DNA from: Myxococcaceae bacterium
GTDB lineage: Bacteria; Myxococcota; Myxococcia; Myxococcales; Myxococcaceae
Direction: 5' to 3'
DNA: 64,000 nt
Assembly (NCBI GenBank): GCA_044223505.1
Contig: JBGALX010000012.1
Location: forward strand, 90,174 to 154,173
The notes beneath the pieces were generated by a model. That model made no database searches, was not told where the DNA came from, and was given only the letters and a program-made list of their open reading frames with translations. This document shows positions 22,298 through 30,938 of this stretch, piece after piece. Both the position numbers and the translations under genes were made by a program. Numbering within the stretch: the stretch's first letter is position 1; the number at the start of each line of letters is the position of its first letter.

Positions 22298-22323
22298 CCC
22301 CTCTCCCCCGTAGGGGAGAGGGG
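22298..22323 (-). terminator. Strong GC hairpin (11-bp perfect stem, 4-nt loop) followed by a T-rich run on the minus strand. Candidate intrinsic terminator after the sigma factor gene.
   Basis: CCCCTCTCCCC-CGTA-GGGGAGAGGGG. On the minus strand this is followed by TCTGTTCGTCTTCTCTTCTTCG. Confidence 0.45.
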
Positions 22324-22338
22324 ACGCGTTCTCGAACC

Positions 22339-23142
22339 TCAAGCCTGGCTTCTCAGCGCTCGGCTCAGGCTCAGGTCGAAGCTCGCCTGCATCGACGTGA
22401 GCAGCCGCTCGGCCTCGTCGGGCGGCAGGCCCAGCAGCGTGCCGAGCTGCGCCCGCGTGTGGGCGGCCAGCGCCTCGCGGGCCTCGGCCAGCCAGCGCGC
22501 GGCCGACGACCGGTGCGCGCCGTACATCGGCGCAATCTCGTCGATGCTCAGGCCGTCGAGCAGGTTGAGCCGCAACAGCGCGCGCTGCCGTGGCGTCAGC
22601 GCCTTCACCGCCGCCGCGAACGCCTCGCGAAAGCGCAGCTGCTGATCCGCCTTCAAGAGCCGCGACTCGAGGTCTGCCGTGTCGGGCACCGCCGCGAGCG
22701 CCTCGTCCGATTCGGTCTCGCGCGCCGGCTCGAGGTTCGACAGCACGTTCGCCGCGACGGCACGCAGGAAGCCCAGCAGCGGCCCGCGGCCCGCATAGAG
22801 CTTCAGCTTCGGCTCGGGCCCGACCAGCAGGCGCGCGCGCGTGAGCTGCAGCGCCTCTTCGGCGCGGTCGGGCTCGGCGCGGCGGCGCAGCGTGTCGGCG
22901 ATGCGCGGCAAGAGCTCGGCGTCGAGGGTGCGCAGCGCCGCGGCGTCGCCGTCGAGGCACGCGGTCGCGAGCAGCACGCCGTCGAGGTCGAGCGGCCCGT
23001 CGCCCCAGCGCTCGGCGAGCGCGCGGCCGAAGCGCTCGGCGCTGACCGACGCGTACAGCCCCGCGAGCGCGTCGAGCGCCGCGCGCTGCTCCGCCGTGAC
23101 CTCTCGACCCAGCGCCGCGACGACCTGCGCCGTGTCTCTCAC
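22339..23142 (-). CDS. ECF-type sigma-70 family RNA polymerase sigma factor.
   Basis: Region 2 (DLYL/ACLDGD-like) and a region-4 helix-turn-helix (LTPRQRALLRLNLLDGLSIDEIAPMYGAHRSSAARWL). The start overlaps the stop of the upstream kinase (ATGA). Confidence 0.8.
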   Translation of the reverse strand: MRDTAQVVAALGREVTAEQRAALDALAGLYASVSAERFGRALAERWGDGPLDLDGVLLATACLDGDAAALRTLDAELLPRIADTLRRRAEPDRAEEALQLTRARLLVGPEPKLKLYAGRGPLLGFLRAVAANVLSNLEPARETESDEALAAVPDTADLESRLLKADQQLRFREAFAAAVKALTPRQRALLRLNLLDGLSIDEIAPMYGAHRSSAARWLAEAREALAAHTRAQLGTLLGLPPDEAERLLTSMQASFDLSLSRALRSQA

Positions 23143-26039
23143 CGCGCCCCCTTCAGCCGGGCCGCCGCTTCACGCGCTTCTTTCACCTGCGGCACCTGCG
23201 CCTCGGCGCCGCCCCACCGCCTCAGGAACTCGTCGTAGCGGGCCGCCGCCTCGCGCCGCTTGCCGCGCTGCTCGAGCACCTGCGCCAGCTCGAACTGCGC
23301 GAGCACGCTGTACATCGGCGAGTAGCGGAGCATGCCGTTGCCCAGGCTCGGCGCGAGCACGACGGCGCGGGTGAACGCGTCTTCGGCGGTCGTGAGCTCG
23401 CCTTCGCGCGCCGCGCAGCGACCGAGGTGCACGAGCGACCGCGTGCTGCGCTCGCTGAGGGCGAAGCCGGCTCGAAGCACCGCCTTGCAGTCGCCGCAGC
23501 GGCCGGCCGCCGCCGCACGGCGCAGCGCGGTCGAGGCGTCGGAGCGCTGGATGCCCTCGGGCACGGCGGCGGCGAACGGCTCGATGGGCACGCACCCCTG
23601 CTGCTCCCAGCGCACGACGGCCTCGAGGTGCGGCTCGAGCTTGCGGCGGTACCCGTCGGCCAGTAATTCGCGGGTCTGGCGAGCCGCCTCGTCCTCGCCG
23701 AGCAGCTCCTGCATCTCGACGAGCGAGTCCATCGGCTGCTGCTCGGGCTCGCCGAGCGGGTCGCGGTCGTAGGCGGCGATGGCCTCGGTGAAGGCGTGCT
23801 CGGCGGCGGCGAAGCGACCCTCGAGCACGGCGAGCGTGCCGGCGCGCATCAGGCCGCGCGCGTGGTCTCGACCCGGCAGAGCGACGATGCGGTCGATCAG
23901 CGCGTGCGCCTCGTCGAAGACGCCCGCGGCCATCAGCGCGTCGGCGTTCGTCATCCACCGAATCGGCGAGCCCGCGTAGATGAGCAGCCGGTCGGCCGCC
24001 AGGCTTCGCACGCGGTCGCGGTCGTCGTTCTCGACCGCGAGCCCGAGCTGCAGCGTCAGCGCCTGCTCGTTCGAGGGGGCGCTGCGCCACCAATCTCCGG
24101 CGAGGCGCTCGAGCTCCGAGGTGCGGCCCAGCTCGGCGAGCAGCGCCGCGAGATCGCCGCCGAACTGCAGCTCGGGGAAGGTCTCGGTGAGGCGCCGGGC
24201 GACGGCGGTCGCGAGCTCGGGCTCGTGCGAGTAGTAGAGGAGCTTGAACCGGACGAAGCCGGCCGCGGGGTCGTCGGGGTAGGCGCGGAAGATGGGCTCC
24301 ATCATCGCCGCCGCATCGGCGAGGCGGCCCGCGCGCGTCGTCTCGAGCGCGTCGAGCATGGCGCTGCCGGCCGGGTCGCGGCTCGGGTCGGTCACGTCGC
24401 GGCGCGCGGCCGCGAGCACTTTGCCGGCCTGGGGCCCGAGCGTCCTCAGCTGGATGATGTGGCTCACCCACGGGTGCGCCCAGCCAGGGTCGAGCTTCTC
24501 GAGCTTCCCGAGCTCGCCGACGAGCAGCTCCTCGTCGACGTGCACCGTGCCGAACGCAAGCTCGGTGAAGCGCCGGTACGCGCGGTAGGACTCGACCGAC
24601 GACGCGCCGATGCGCCGGGCGGCGTCGAGCTCGGCCTTCGACGGCGGCAGCTCGGGGCGCCCGTCGGCGGCGAAGCGGCGCAGCGGCTCGGTGAGCAGCT
24701 CGAGGCCCTTCACCACCGACTCGGCGCGCAGCGAAGCCACGGGGGTCAGCCAGCCGCCGGCGGGCCCGCCGCTCACCGACAGCGCGACGGCGTCGGGCAG
24801 CCGCGCGACGGTCAGCATGAGCGTCACGTTGCCCGACGCGTCGCAGCGCCACGGCTGCGGGCTCTCGCACCACGCCCGCTTCGCGAGCCCGCACGCCGCG
24901 TCGGCGAGGTACGTGTCGGCCGGGCTCGCCGGAGCGCACGAGAGGGCGAGCGTGCGCTCGCCGGCGGGGAGCACGTCCTTCCACCACCAGGCGCCGGCGG
25001 CGATCGCGACAGTCAGCGCCACGGCGGCGAGCGCGAGCGGAGCGCGGCGCCCGGTGCGCGGCGGCTCGAGCAGCGCGCGCTCGAGCTCTTCGGCAGAGGC
25101 GAAGCGCTCGGCGGGGTTCTTCGCGAGGCAGCGCTCGACGACGGCGGCGAGGCCTGCGGGCACCTGGGGCGCCTTCTCGCGCAGCGACGGCACGGGGGCG
25201 CGCAGCACCTGCTCGCGCAGCAGCACGAGCGAGTCGGCGTCGAACGGCGGCACCCCCGCGAGCAGCTCGAAGAGCATCGTGCCGACGGCGTACAGGTCGC
25301 TCTGCGGCGTGGCGGCGGCCTCGAGCCACAGCTCGGGCGCGAGGTAGCGCGGCGTGCCGAGAATCACGCCCGTCTGCGTGATGCGAACGTCGGGGGTGGC
25401 GGCGGCGGCGGGCTCGGCGCGACGGCCGGGCAGCTTCGCGAGGCCGAAGTCGACCAGCTTCGCGACGCCGCTCTTCGTCAGCATCACGTTGTGGAGCTTC
25501 AGATCGCGGTGGAGCACGTGCTGCCTGTGCGCCGCCGCGAGGCCGCGCGCGATCTGGGCGCCGAGGCTCTGGGCCTGCTCGGGCCTCAAGGGCCGGTTCA
25601 GCTCGGCGAGCGTGATGCCGTCGACGAGCTCGGTGACGAGGTACGGCCGGCCGAGCACCTCGCCGACGCGGTGTACGGCGACGACGTTCGGGTGCTGCAC
25701 GCGGGCGACGGCGCGGGCCTCCTGCAAGAGGCGCTCGCCTCCGTCGCCGTCGATGGCCGCGGCCGCGATGAACTTGATGGCGACCTGGCGCTCGAGCCGC
25801 GTGTCGTGTGCGAGGTAGACCTCGCCCATCGAGCCCTGGCCGAGCTTGCGATGCAGCGCGTACTCGTCGAGCCGCGCGGGGGGCCAGGGCACCTGGAGCG
25901 CCGCTTCGCTCTGGCCGAGCGCGACGACCATCTCCTGGCACTGGGCGCAGCTCGCGACGTGCAGGCGCACGCCGCCGACCTCGCCCGAGTCGAGGTTCCC
26001 GTTGACGAAGAGGTGAAGCGTGTGGTCGCCCGGGCACAT
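23139..26039 (-). CDS. Ser/Thr protein kinase with an N-terminal zf-HC2 anti-sigma-like zinc finger, a TM segment and a large TPR-like C-terminal domain.
   Basis: N-terminus HLFVNGNLDSGEVGGVRLHVASCAQCQ. Kinase motifs HRDLKLHNVM and DFG. Confidence 0.9.
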   Translation of the reverse strand: MCPGDHTLHLFVNGNLDSGEVGGVRLHVASCAQCQEMVVALGQSEAALQVPWPPARLDEYALHRKLGQGSMGEVYLAHDTRLERQVAIKFIAAAAIDGDGGERLLQEARAVARVQHPNVVAVHRVGEVLGRPYLVTELVDGITLAELNRPLRPEQAQSLGAQIARGLAAAHRQHVLHRDLKLHNVMLTKSGVAKLVDFGLAKLPGRRAEPAAAATPDVRITQTGVILGTPRYLAPELWLEAAATPQSDLYAVGTMLFELLAGVPPFDADSLVLLREQVLRAPVPSLREKAPQVPAGLAAVVERCLAKNPAERFASAEELERALLEPPRTGRRAPLALAAVALTVAIAAGAWWWKDVLPAGERTLALSCAPASPADTYLADAACGLAKRAWCESPQPWRCDASGNVTLMLTVARLPDAVALSVSGGPAGGWLTPVASLRAESVVKGLELLTEPLRRFAADGRPELPPSKAELDAARRIGASSVESYRAYRRFTELAFGTVHVDEELLVGELGKLEKLDPGWAHPWVSHIIQLRTLGPQAGKVLAAARRDVTDPSRDPAGSAMLDALETTRAGRLADAAAMMEPIFRAYPDDPAAGFVRFKLLYYSHEPELATAVARRLTETFPELQFGGDLAALLAELGRTSELERLAGDWWRSAPSNEQALTLQLGLAVENDDRDRVRSLAADRLLIYAGSPIRWMTNADALMAAGVFDEAHALIDRIVALPGRDHARGLMRAGTLAVLEGRFAAAEHAFTEAIAAYDRDPLGEPEQQPMDSLVEMQELLGEDEAARQTRELLADGYRRKLEPHLEAVVRWEQQGCVPIEPFAAAVPEGIQRSDASTALRRAAAAGRCGDCKAVLRAGFALSERSTRSLVHLGRCAAREGELTTAEDAFTRAVVLAPSLGNGMLRYSPMYSVLAQFELAQVLEQRGKRREAAARYDEFLRRWGGAEAQVPQVKEAREAAARLKGAR

Positions 26040-26114
26040 CGCGCCGCGAGGCTACTGCACGTTCACGAGTGGCCCCACAGAGACGAAGGCGCGAGCCGCC
26101 ACCGCTTCAGGACT

Positions 26115-27080
26115 TCAGCGACGGGGCCCGGGCGCGAGCGCGGTGAGCGCTCTGCCGCTGCGCACGTCGAGCGTGGCTCCGACGGGCGGCACGTGCAGGT
26201 CGGTCTCGGGCAGGCCGAGGCGCTTCCACTCGGCGCGCAGGCGCACGGGCGGCTCGTCGAGGGGCTCGTCGGTGAGCTTGAACGTGCCCCAGTGCATGGC
26301 GACGAACTGCTTCGCCTTCAGCGCGACGAAGGTGCGCACCGCGTCTTCGGGAGTGAGGTGCTGCGTGCGCATGAACCACTCGGGGTCGTACGCGCCGATC
26401 GGCAGGAGTGCGGCGTCGAGCTCGGGGAAGCGGCGGCCGATCTCTTCGAAGCCATCGAACCAGGCGGTGTCGCCCGAGTGGTAGATGCGCCCCGACGCGC
26501 ACTCGATGACGAAGCCGCCCCAGAGCATCTCGTTGTTGTCGAGCATCGAGCGGCCGCTCCAGTGCTGAGAGGGCACGAAGGTGACGGTGAGCCCGCCGAC
26601 GGTGGTCGACCCCCACCAGTCGAGCTCGGTGCTGTCGACCCGGGCCGAGCGCGCGAGCGGCGCCGAGCCGACGCCGACGACCACCGGGGCGCCGACCTTC
26701 TTGACCGTCGCGACGTCGAAGTGGTCGCGGTGGTTGTGCGTGACGAGCGTCGCGTCGATGCGCGGCAGCTGCTCGAGGGTGACGCCGGGCGGCACGTTGC
26801 GCTTCACGACTCCCGAGATGCTCGGCCCGAGCACCGGGTCGATGAGCAGCGACTTGCCCTCGGCCTGCACGAGCCAGCTCGCGTGACCGAGCCAGGTGAG
26901 GCGCAGGCCCGCTCCTGCCGCCGGAGGCGTCGCGATGGCGTCGAGGTTCGCCGGCACCGACGGCAGCTCGGCCCGCGCCGGAGCGCTGCGCCGCCGGCCC
27001 GCGACCTTGTCGACGAACGCCCACTTGAGGACGTCGCTGAACGGCTTCGGCCCACTGCCGTCGAGGTTGCGGTGTCTCAT
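26115..27080 (-). CDS. MBL-fold metallo-hydrolase (paralog of 2633-3778).
   Basis: THNHRDHFD motif and the same overall fold as the first paralog. ATG at 27080 (MRHRNLDG). Confidence 0.8.
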   Translation of the reverse strand: MRHRNLDGSGPKPFSDVLKWAFVDKVAGRRRSAPARAELPSVPANLDAIATPPAAGAGLRLTWLGHASWLVQAEGKSLLIDPVLGPSISGVVKRNVPPGVTLEQLPRIDATLVTHNHRDHFDVATVKKVGAPVVVGVGSAPLARSARVDSTELDWWGSTTVGGLTVTFVPSQHWSGRSMLDNNEMLWGGFVIECASGRIYHSGDTAWFDGFEEIGRRFPELDAALLPIGAYDPEWFMRTQHLTPEDAVRTFVALKAKQFVAMHWGTFKLTDEPLDEPPVRLRAEWKRLGLPETDLHVPPVGATLDVRSGRALTALAPGPRR

Positions 27081-27213
27081 GGCCCCGGACTGTAAGGGCA
27101 GGGTCCTGCGGTCGCCGTGAAGTTGTACGAAGGCCGAATCATCAACCTTGGGTTGATGATGGCTCAAAGCACAGCGCATGGCGGGCGCGCGAGTTGACGT
27201 TTACGTTCGGCGC

Positions 27214-28053
27214 ATGGACCCCAAAGGCAAAGTCGTGGTGGTGACCGGCGGTACCAGTGGCCTCGGGCAGGCGTTCGCCCTCGAGGTCGCGAAGCAGGGC
27301 GCGCGGGTGATTCTGGTCGGGCGCGACGCGGCGCGCGCGAAAGAGACCGAGGACGCCATCAAGGCCGCCGGAGGCCAGGTCGTGGTCGTGCTCGGCGACG
27401 TCGCGACCGTCGCCGGCGTTCGCCAGGTCGGCGCCGCGATTCGCGCGCTCGAGAAGCGAATCGACGTGCTGGTGAACAACGCCGGCGGGCAGTTCAAGTC
27501 GCTGTCGAAGACGGCCGATGGCGTCGAGACGACGTTCGCGCTGAACACGCTCGGCGCGTTTCTGCTCGAGCGCGAGCTGCACGGAGAGCTCGCCGCCGCG
27601 AAGGGGCGTGTGGTGAACCTCGCGACGGGCTTCTTGAACAGCTTCCCCGTCGACCCCGATCAGCTCGTCGCGCCCACCAAGTTCAGCGGCCTCGCGACGT
27701 ACGGCCGCGCCAAGCAGGCGTCGGTGATGATGACGGTCGAGCAGTCGAAGCGCCTCGGCACCGACGGCGTCACCGCCGTCTCGATGCACCCCGGCGTCAT
27801 CATGGGCACGCGCTTCGGCGGTGGGCAGCCGAAGCTCATGCAGTGGCTTGCGGGGCCCATCATGCGCGGCATCGGGTTCGGCTGCACCCTCGAGGAGGCG
27901 ACCCGCCGCTTCATGGTCGCCGCGTTCGGAGACGTGCCCACCGGCAGCTACATGGTGAACGGCAAGGTCGCCGAGCTGCCGAAGCAGGTGAACGACGCCG
28001 CCGTGCGCGAGAAGGTCTACGGCCTGCTCGAAGGGCTCGCCGCGCGCGCCTGA
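27214..28053 (+). CDS. SDR-family short-chain dehydrogenase/reductase.
   Basis: VVVVTGGTSGLG Rossmann motif and a NAG..S...Y...K catalytic arrangement. Confidence 0.85.
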   Translation: MDPKGKVVVVTGGTSGLGQAFALEVAKQGARVILVGRDAARAKETEDAIKAAGGQVVVVLGDVATVAGVRQVGAAIRALEKRIDVLVNNAGGQFKSLSKTADGVETTFALNTLGAFLLERELHGELAAAKGRVVNLATGFLNSFPVDPDQLVAPTKFSGLATYGRAKQASVMMTVEQSKRLGTDGVTAVSMHPGVIMGTRFGGGQPKLMQWLAGPIMRGIGFGCTLEEATRRFMVAAFGDVPTGSYMVNGKVAELPKQVNDAAVREKVYGLLEGLAARA

Positions 28054-28113
28054 CTTCACGGCTCGAGCCTCCCGGTGCCGGGCTGGCCGGCGACAGACCC
28101 GGCTCGGCGCTCG

Positions 28114-28548
28114 CTACTGCTTCACGACGAGGTCGGCCTTCTTCAGCGTGAAGGTCGACGGCCTCGTGATGGCGAGCGTCACCTTGACGTCGGTCGCGCC
28201 GGCCGCGGGCACCCTGGCGGTGCAGCCCAGCTTGCCGCTGCCGCTGCGCGAGTGAGAGCTGCCGAGGTTCGTCTCGACCCAGCCGACCTTCACGTTCATG
28301 CTGCCGAGCGGGTTGCAGCTCGCGGTCGCGACGCTCTTGCCGCCCTGCTCGAGCACGACCTCGTACCCCATCGCGGCCGAGCCTTCGTACTCGACGTCGA
28401 TGTCGGTCCAGAACGAGACGTCGCCGGCGGCGAGCGTCACCGTCGCGCTGCCCGAGCCGGCGGCGCTGAACGGCACGCGGCCCACTTCCTTCCCGCAGGC
28501 CGCGAGGGTGAGGAGCAGCACCACGACGAGCCCATGACGAACGTTCAT
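28114..28548 (-). CDS. Small lipoprotein (144 aa).
   Basis: MNVRHGLVVVLLLTLAAC lipobox, then a beta-rich domain. Confidence 0.6.
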   Translation of the reverse strand: MNVRHGLVVVLLLTLAACGKEVGRVPFSAAGSGSATVTLAAGDVSFWTDIDVEYEGSAAMGYEVVLEQGGKSVATASCNPLGSMNVKVGWVETNLGSSHSRSGSGKLGCTARVPAAGATDVKVTLAITRPSTFTLKKADLVVKQ

Positions 28549-28583
28549 GCCTCGAAGACACGCCTGGGCCGCACGGTGAAGCA

Positions 28584-29405
28584 TCAGCTCTTGAGCAGCT
28601 CGCTGACCGAGGCCTCGAACTGCGAGCGCATCACGGCGATGAGGCTGTCGAGCTCGCTGTCGGCGACGTCGAGCTTCGAGCGCAGCTGCCTTCGCGTCTC
28701 GCTGAACATGAACTGGCGAGCGGCGGTGAGCCAGCGCGACACGGTGATGCGGTGCACGCCCATCATCTGGCCGATGCGGTCGGTGGTGTACCGGCCGGCG
28801 TGGCACAGGCGCATGGCCTGGCGCTGCTCTGCGGGCAGCAGCTTGAAGGCGTCGCGCAGGGCCTCGCGGAAGGGGCCGCGCAGCTGCTCACGCACGAGCT
28901 GCAGGTCGACGTCGTTCGACTCGACGAGGGCGTCGAGCGCCGACTCGTCGACGTTCGAGCGCTTCGTCTCGGAGGCGCCGCGGCGCAGGTTCAGGGCGCT
29001 GCGCACCGAGGTGACGCGCACGAATGAGAGCAGAGAGCCGAGGCCGCCGTACTCGGCGATCTTCGGCTCGCCGTCGCCGGGCATGAGCAGCCGCACGCGC
29101 ACGGCCTGGGCCACCTCGGCGGCGAACGAGGGCTGGGGGTCGATGTGGCGAATGAAGTGGGGCACCTGCACGAGAATCGAGGCGTCGAACGCGGCGTGGG
29201 CCGCCTCGACTCCGCGCGCGCAGGCACACGCGAGGTAGAGGTCGGCGCCCGAGAGCTTCGCGAGCTGATCTGCGCTCGCGCAGTGCCGCTTCACGTGCTT
29301 CGCGAACGTCGCCTCGTCGAGCTCCACGCCGGGCCAGGTGTCGCAGCCGAGCTGCCAAAGCTCGGCGATGCGTGCCGTCACTTCGTCATCGGCGAGTCCG
29401 CTCAC
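28584..29405 (-). CDS. ECF-type sigma-70 family sigma factor (paralog of 22339-23142).
   Basis: Shared motifs: EVTA..., DLYLACACARG and a C-terminal region-4 helix-turn-helix. The C-terminal tail ...SQFEASVSELLKS is like the paralog's ...SFDLSLSRALRSQ. A GTG start was chosen by alignment to the paralog; the start is uncertain. Confidence 0.65.
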   Translation of the reverse strand: MSGLADDEVTARIAELWQLGCDTWPGVELDEATFAKHVKRHCASADQLAKLSGADLYLACACARGVEAAHAAFDASILVQVPHFIRHIDPQPSFAAEVAQAVRVRLLMPGDGEPKIAEYGGLGSLLSFVRVTSVRSALNLRRGASETKRSNVDESALDALVESNDVDLQLVREQLRGPFREALRDAFKLLPAEQRQAMRLCHAGRYTTDRIGQMMGVHRITVSRWLTAARQFMFSETRRQLRSKLDVADSELDSLIAVMRSQFEASVSELLKS

Positions 29406-29544
29406 GGGCGCCGACCCTACCGCATCGGCTGCACGACCGTCCCACGGCAATGACGAGCCGGGTGCAGGCCGCGCAGGCCAACAGGTGCTGCGCGACCTGG
29501 CGCTGCTGGGCGGCGGTGAGGTGACCGTCGATGAAGCGATGCAT
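29386..29544 (-). CDS. Mini-ORF (52 aa) carrying a zf-HC2 anti-sigma-factor zinc-finger motif. Possibly a truncated anti-sigma factor remnant.
   Basis: MHRFIDGHLTAAQQRQVAQHLLACAACTRLV fits the ..DG.L....R.....HL..C..C anti-sigma consensus. GC3 is high through the motif, then coding signal collapses. The ORF ends 20 nt inside the predicted sigma start. Confidence 0.4.
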   Translation of the reverse strand: MHRFIDGHLTAAQQRQVAQHLLACAACTRLVIAVGRSCSRCGRVGARERTRR

Positions 29545-29594
29545 GGTGCAGTCATCGGGGCAGCCGTCCAGCAGGGTGGACTGCGCCCCGGCGT

Positions 29595-29963
29595 TCACCG
29601 AAGGCCTGCCGCGCCGCCGGCGGCTCCGGCGAAGAAGCCGATGACCATCGCGATGATCTGAATCGTGTACGCGGTGTTGAGCTTCTTCAGCGCGACCATC
29701 ATGTGCCCGAGGTCGTTGCCTTTGGTGTCGACGATCGACTTGAAGGCGCCCGCGACGCCGAGAATCGTGATGCCCATCACGAGGGTCACCGGCCCGCTGA
29801 CGAGGTTGAGCAGCGCGATGAAGCCTCCGCGGGGGAGCAGCAGCACGCCGATGAGCGAGCTGAACGCTCCCGACACGATGGCCATGATCGACCACACCTT
29901 CGCGCGGCTGCCGGTCGCCGCAATCGTCGCGTTCTCCACGTCGCTGAATTCGTACTGGCTCAT
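29595..29963 (-). CDS. Membrane protein (122 aa, 3-4 TM helices), unknown function.
   Basis: MSQYEFSDVENATIAATGSRAKVWSIMAIVSGAFSSLIGVLLL... An AAGAGAG Shine-Dalgarno lies upstream of the ATG. Confidence 0.6.
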   Translation of the reverse strand: MSQYEFSDVENATIAATGSRAKVWSIMAIVSGAFSSLIGVLLLPRGGFIALLNLVSGPVTLVMGITILGVAGAFKSIVDTKGNDLGHMMVALKKLNTAYTIQIIAMVIGFFAGAAGGAAGLR

Positions 29964-30078
29964 GTTCTCTCTTTCGGTTGGGGTTCGAGGGGCTTCGAAC
30001 TTCAAGACACGGCCAGCGGTGGTGCTGAAACATCGGCGTGCTGCCGCTCGTGCGTGGCGGGCAGGTAGATTGAGCGCC

Positions 30079-30276
30079 ATGAACCGGCTCTTCGGCGCGC
30101 TGTGCGTGTTCGCCGTCTCGTGCACGCCGCCCGCGCCATGCACCTCATCGTCAGGCGGATGCGCCGGCGTGAACCAGATGCCGCTCGACCCCGGCGGGCC
30201 GCCTCCGTATCCAATGTTCCTGAAGAGAGCGCTGGGCACTCACCTCACGTGCACGAGCTCTTCGTCGTGCAACTGA
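30079..30276 (+). CDS. Small Cys-rich lipoprotein (65 aa).
   Basis: MNRLFGALCVFAVSC lipobox, with 8 Cys in the mature part. Hidden in the tail of a longer junk ORF. Confidence 0.35.
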   Translation: MNRLFGALCVFAVSCTPPAPCTSSSGGCAGVNQMPLDPGGPPPYPMFLKRALGTHLTCTSSSSCN

Positions 30277-30346
30277 CGGGCAGCGGGAGCGGCGCTGGGC
30301 GCGAACGAGATTGCTACACGGGGCCGATCGGGTGTGTCCTCTCGGC

Positions 30347-30793
30347 ATGACCGAGACCGAGACCGACAGCGACCTGGTGCTGGAGATGCGCCGCCGGGTG
30401 CGCCGCCACATGCTGACGTCGCTGGGCGGAATCGTGTTTGGGTTCTTCTTGCTCGTCGGCGTCGGCGGCGGGATGAGGGCCTCGGGCGTGACCGGCCCGG
30501 TGGCGGCGCTGCCGGTGCTCGGGGTGCTGATCATCCCCGCGGTGGGCTGGTGGTCGACGTTCAAGAACATTCGCTGCCCGTCGTGCGACCGGCTGGTCGT
30601 GTGGATCATGAGCTCGAACTACTCGGTGTTCGGCAGCATGGCGCCGAAGCATTGCCCGGGCTGCGGCAAGCAGATCTTCAGCGCTGCCAGCACGCGCCGG
30701 TTCTTTCGCATGGTGTTCATCTTCGTGGGCATCGGGGTCGCCCTCGCCGTGCTCGGTGGGGTCGCCTCGGCGATGATGCGGCCTCACCACTGA
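30347..30793 (+). CDS. Membrane protein with a zinc-ribbon (CPSC...CPGC).
   Basis: Four TM segments flank CPSCDRLV...CPGCGKQIF. Confidence 0.5.
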   Translation: MTETETDSDLVLEMRRRVRRHMLTSLGGIVFGFFLLVGVGGGMRASGVTGPVAALPVLGVLIIPAVGWWSTFKNIRCPSCDRLVVWIMSSNYSVFGSMAPKHCPGCGKQIFSAASTRRFFRMVFIFVGIGVALAVLGGVASAMMRPHH

Positions 30794-30938
30794 GCCCGGC
30801 GCGCGATCGAGTCTGGCGCAGCGTGCACCTTCTCGGTGCGATGAGCGCTGCTCGCCCGAGGGCGCTGGGGTGGCACCGCGCTCGCACTTGACGGTCGCGC
30901 AGCCGAACCCAACAGCACTCGATGAAAGGGGCTTCACG

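Noticed and set aside
29386-30033. 215-aa minus ORF covering the membrane protein gene in another frame.
   Set aside because: Only the last 52 codons (the zf-HC2 mini-ORF) show coding signal. The rest overlaps the real membrane protein gene out of frame.
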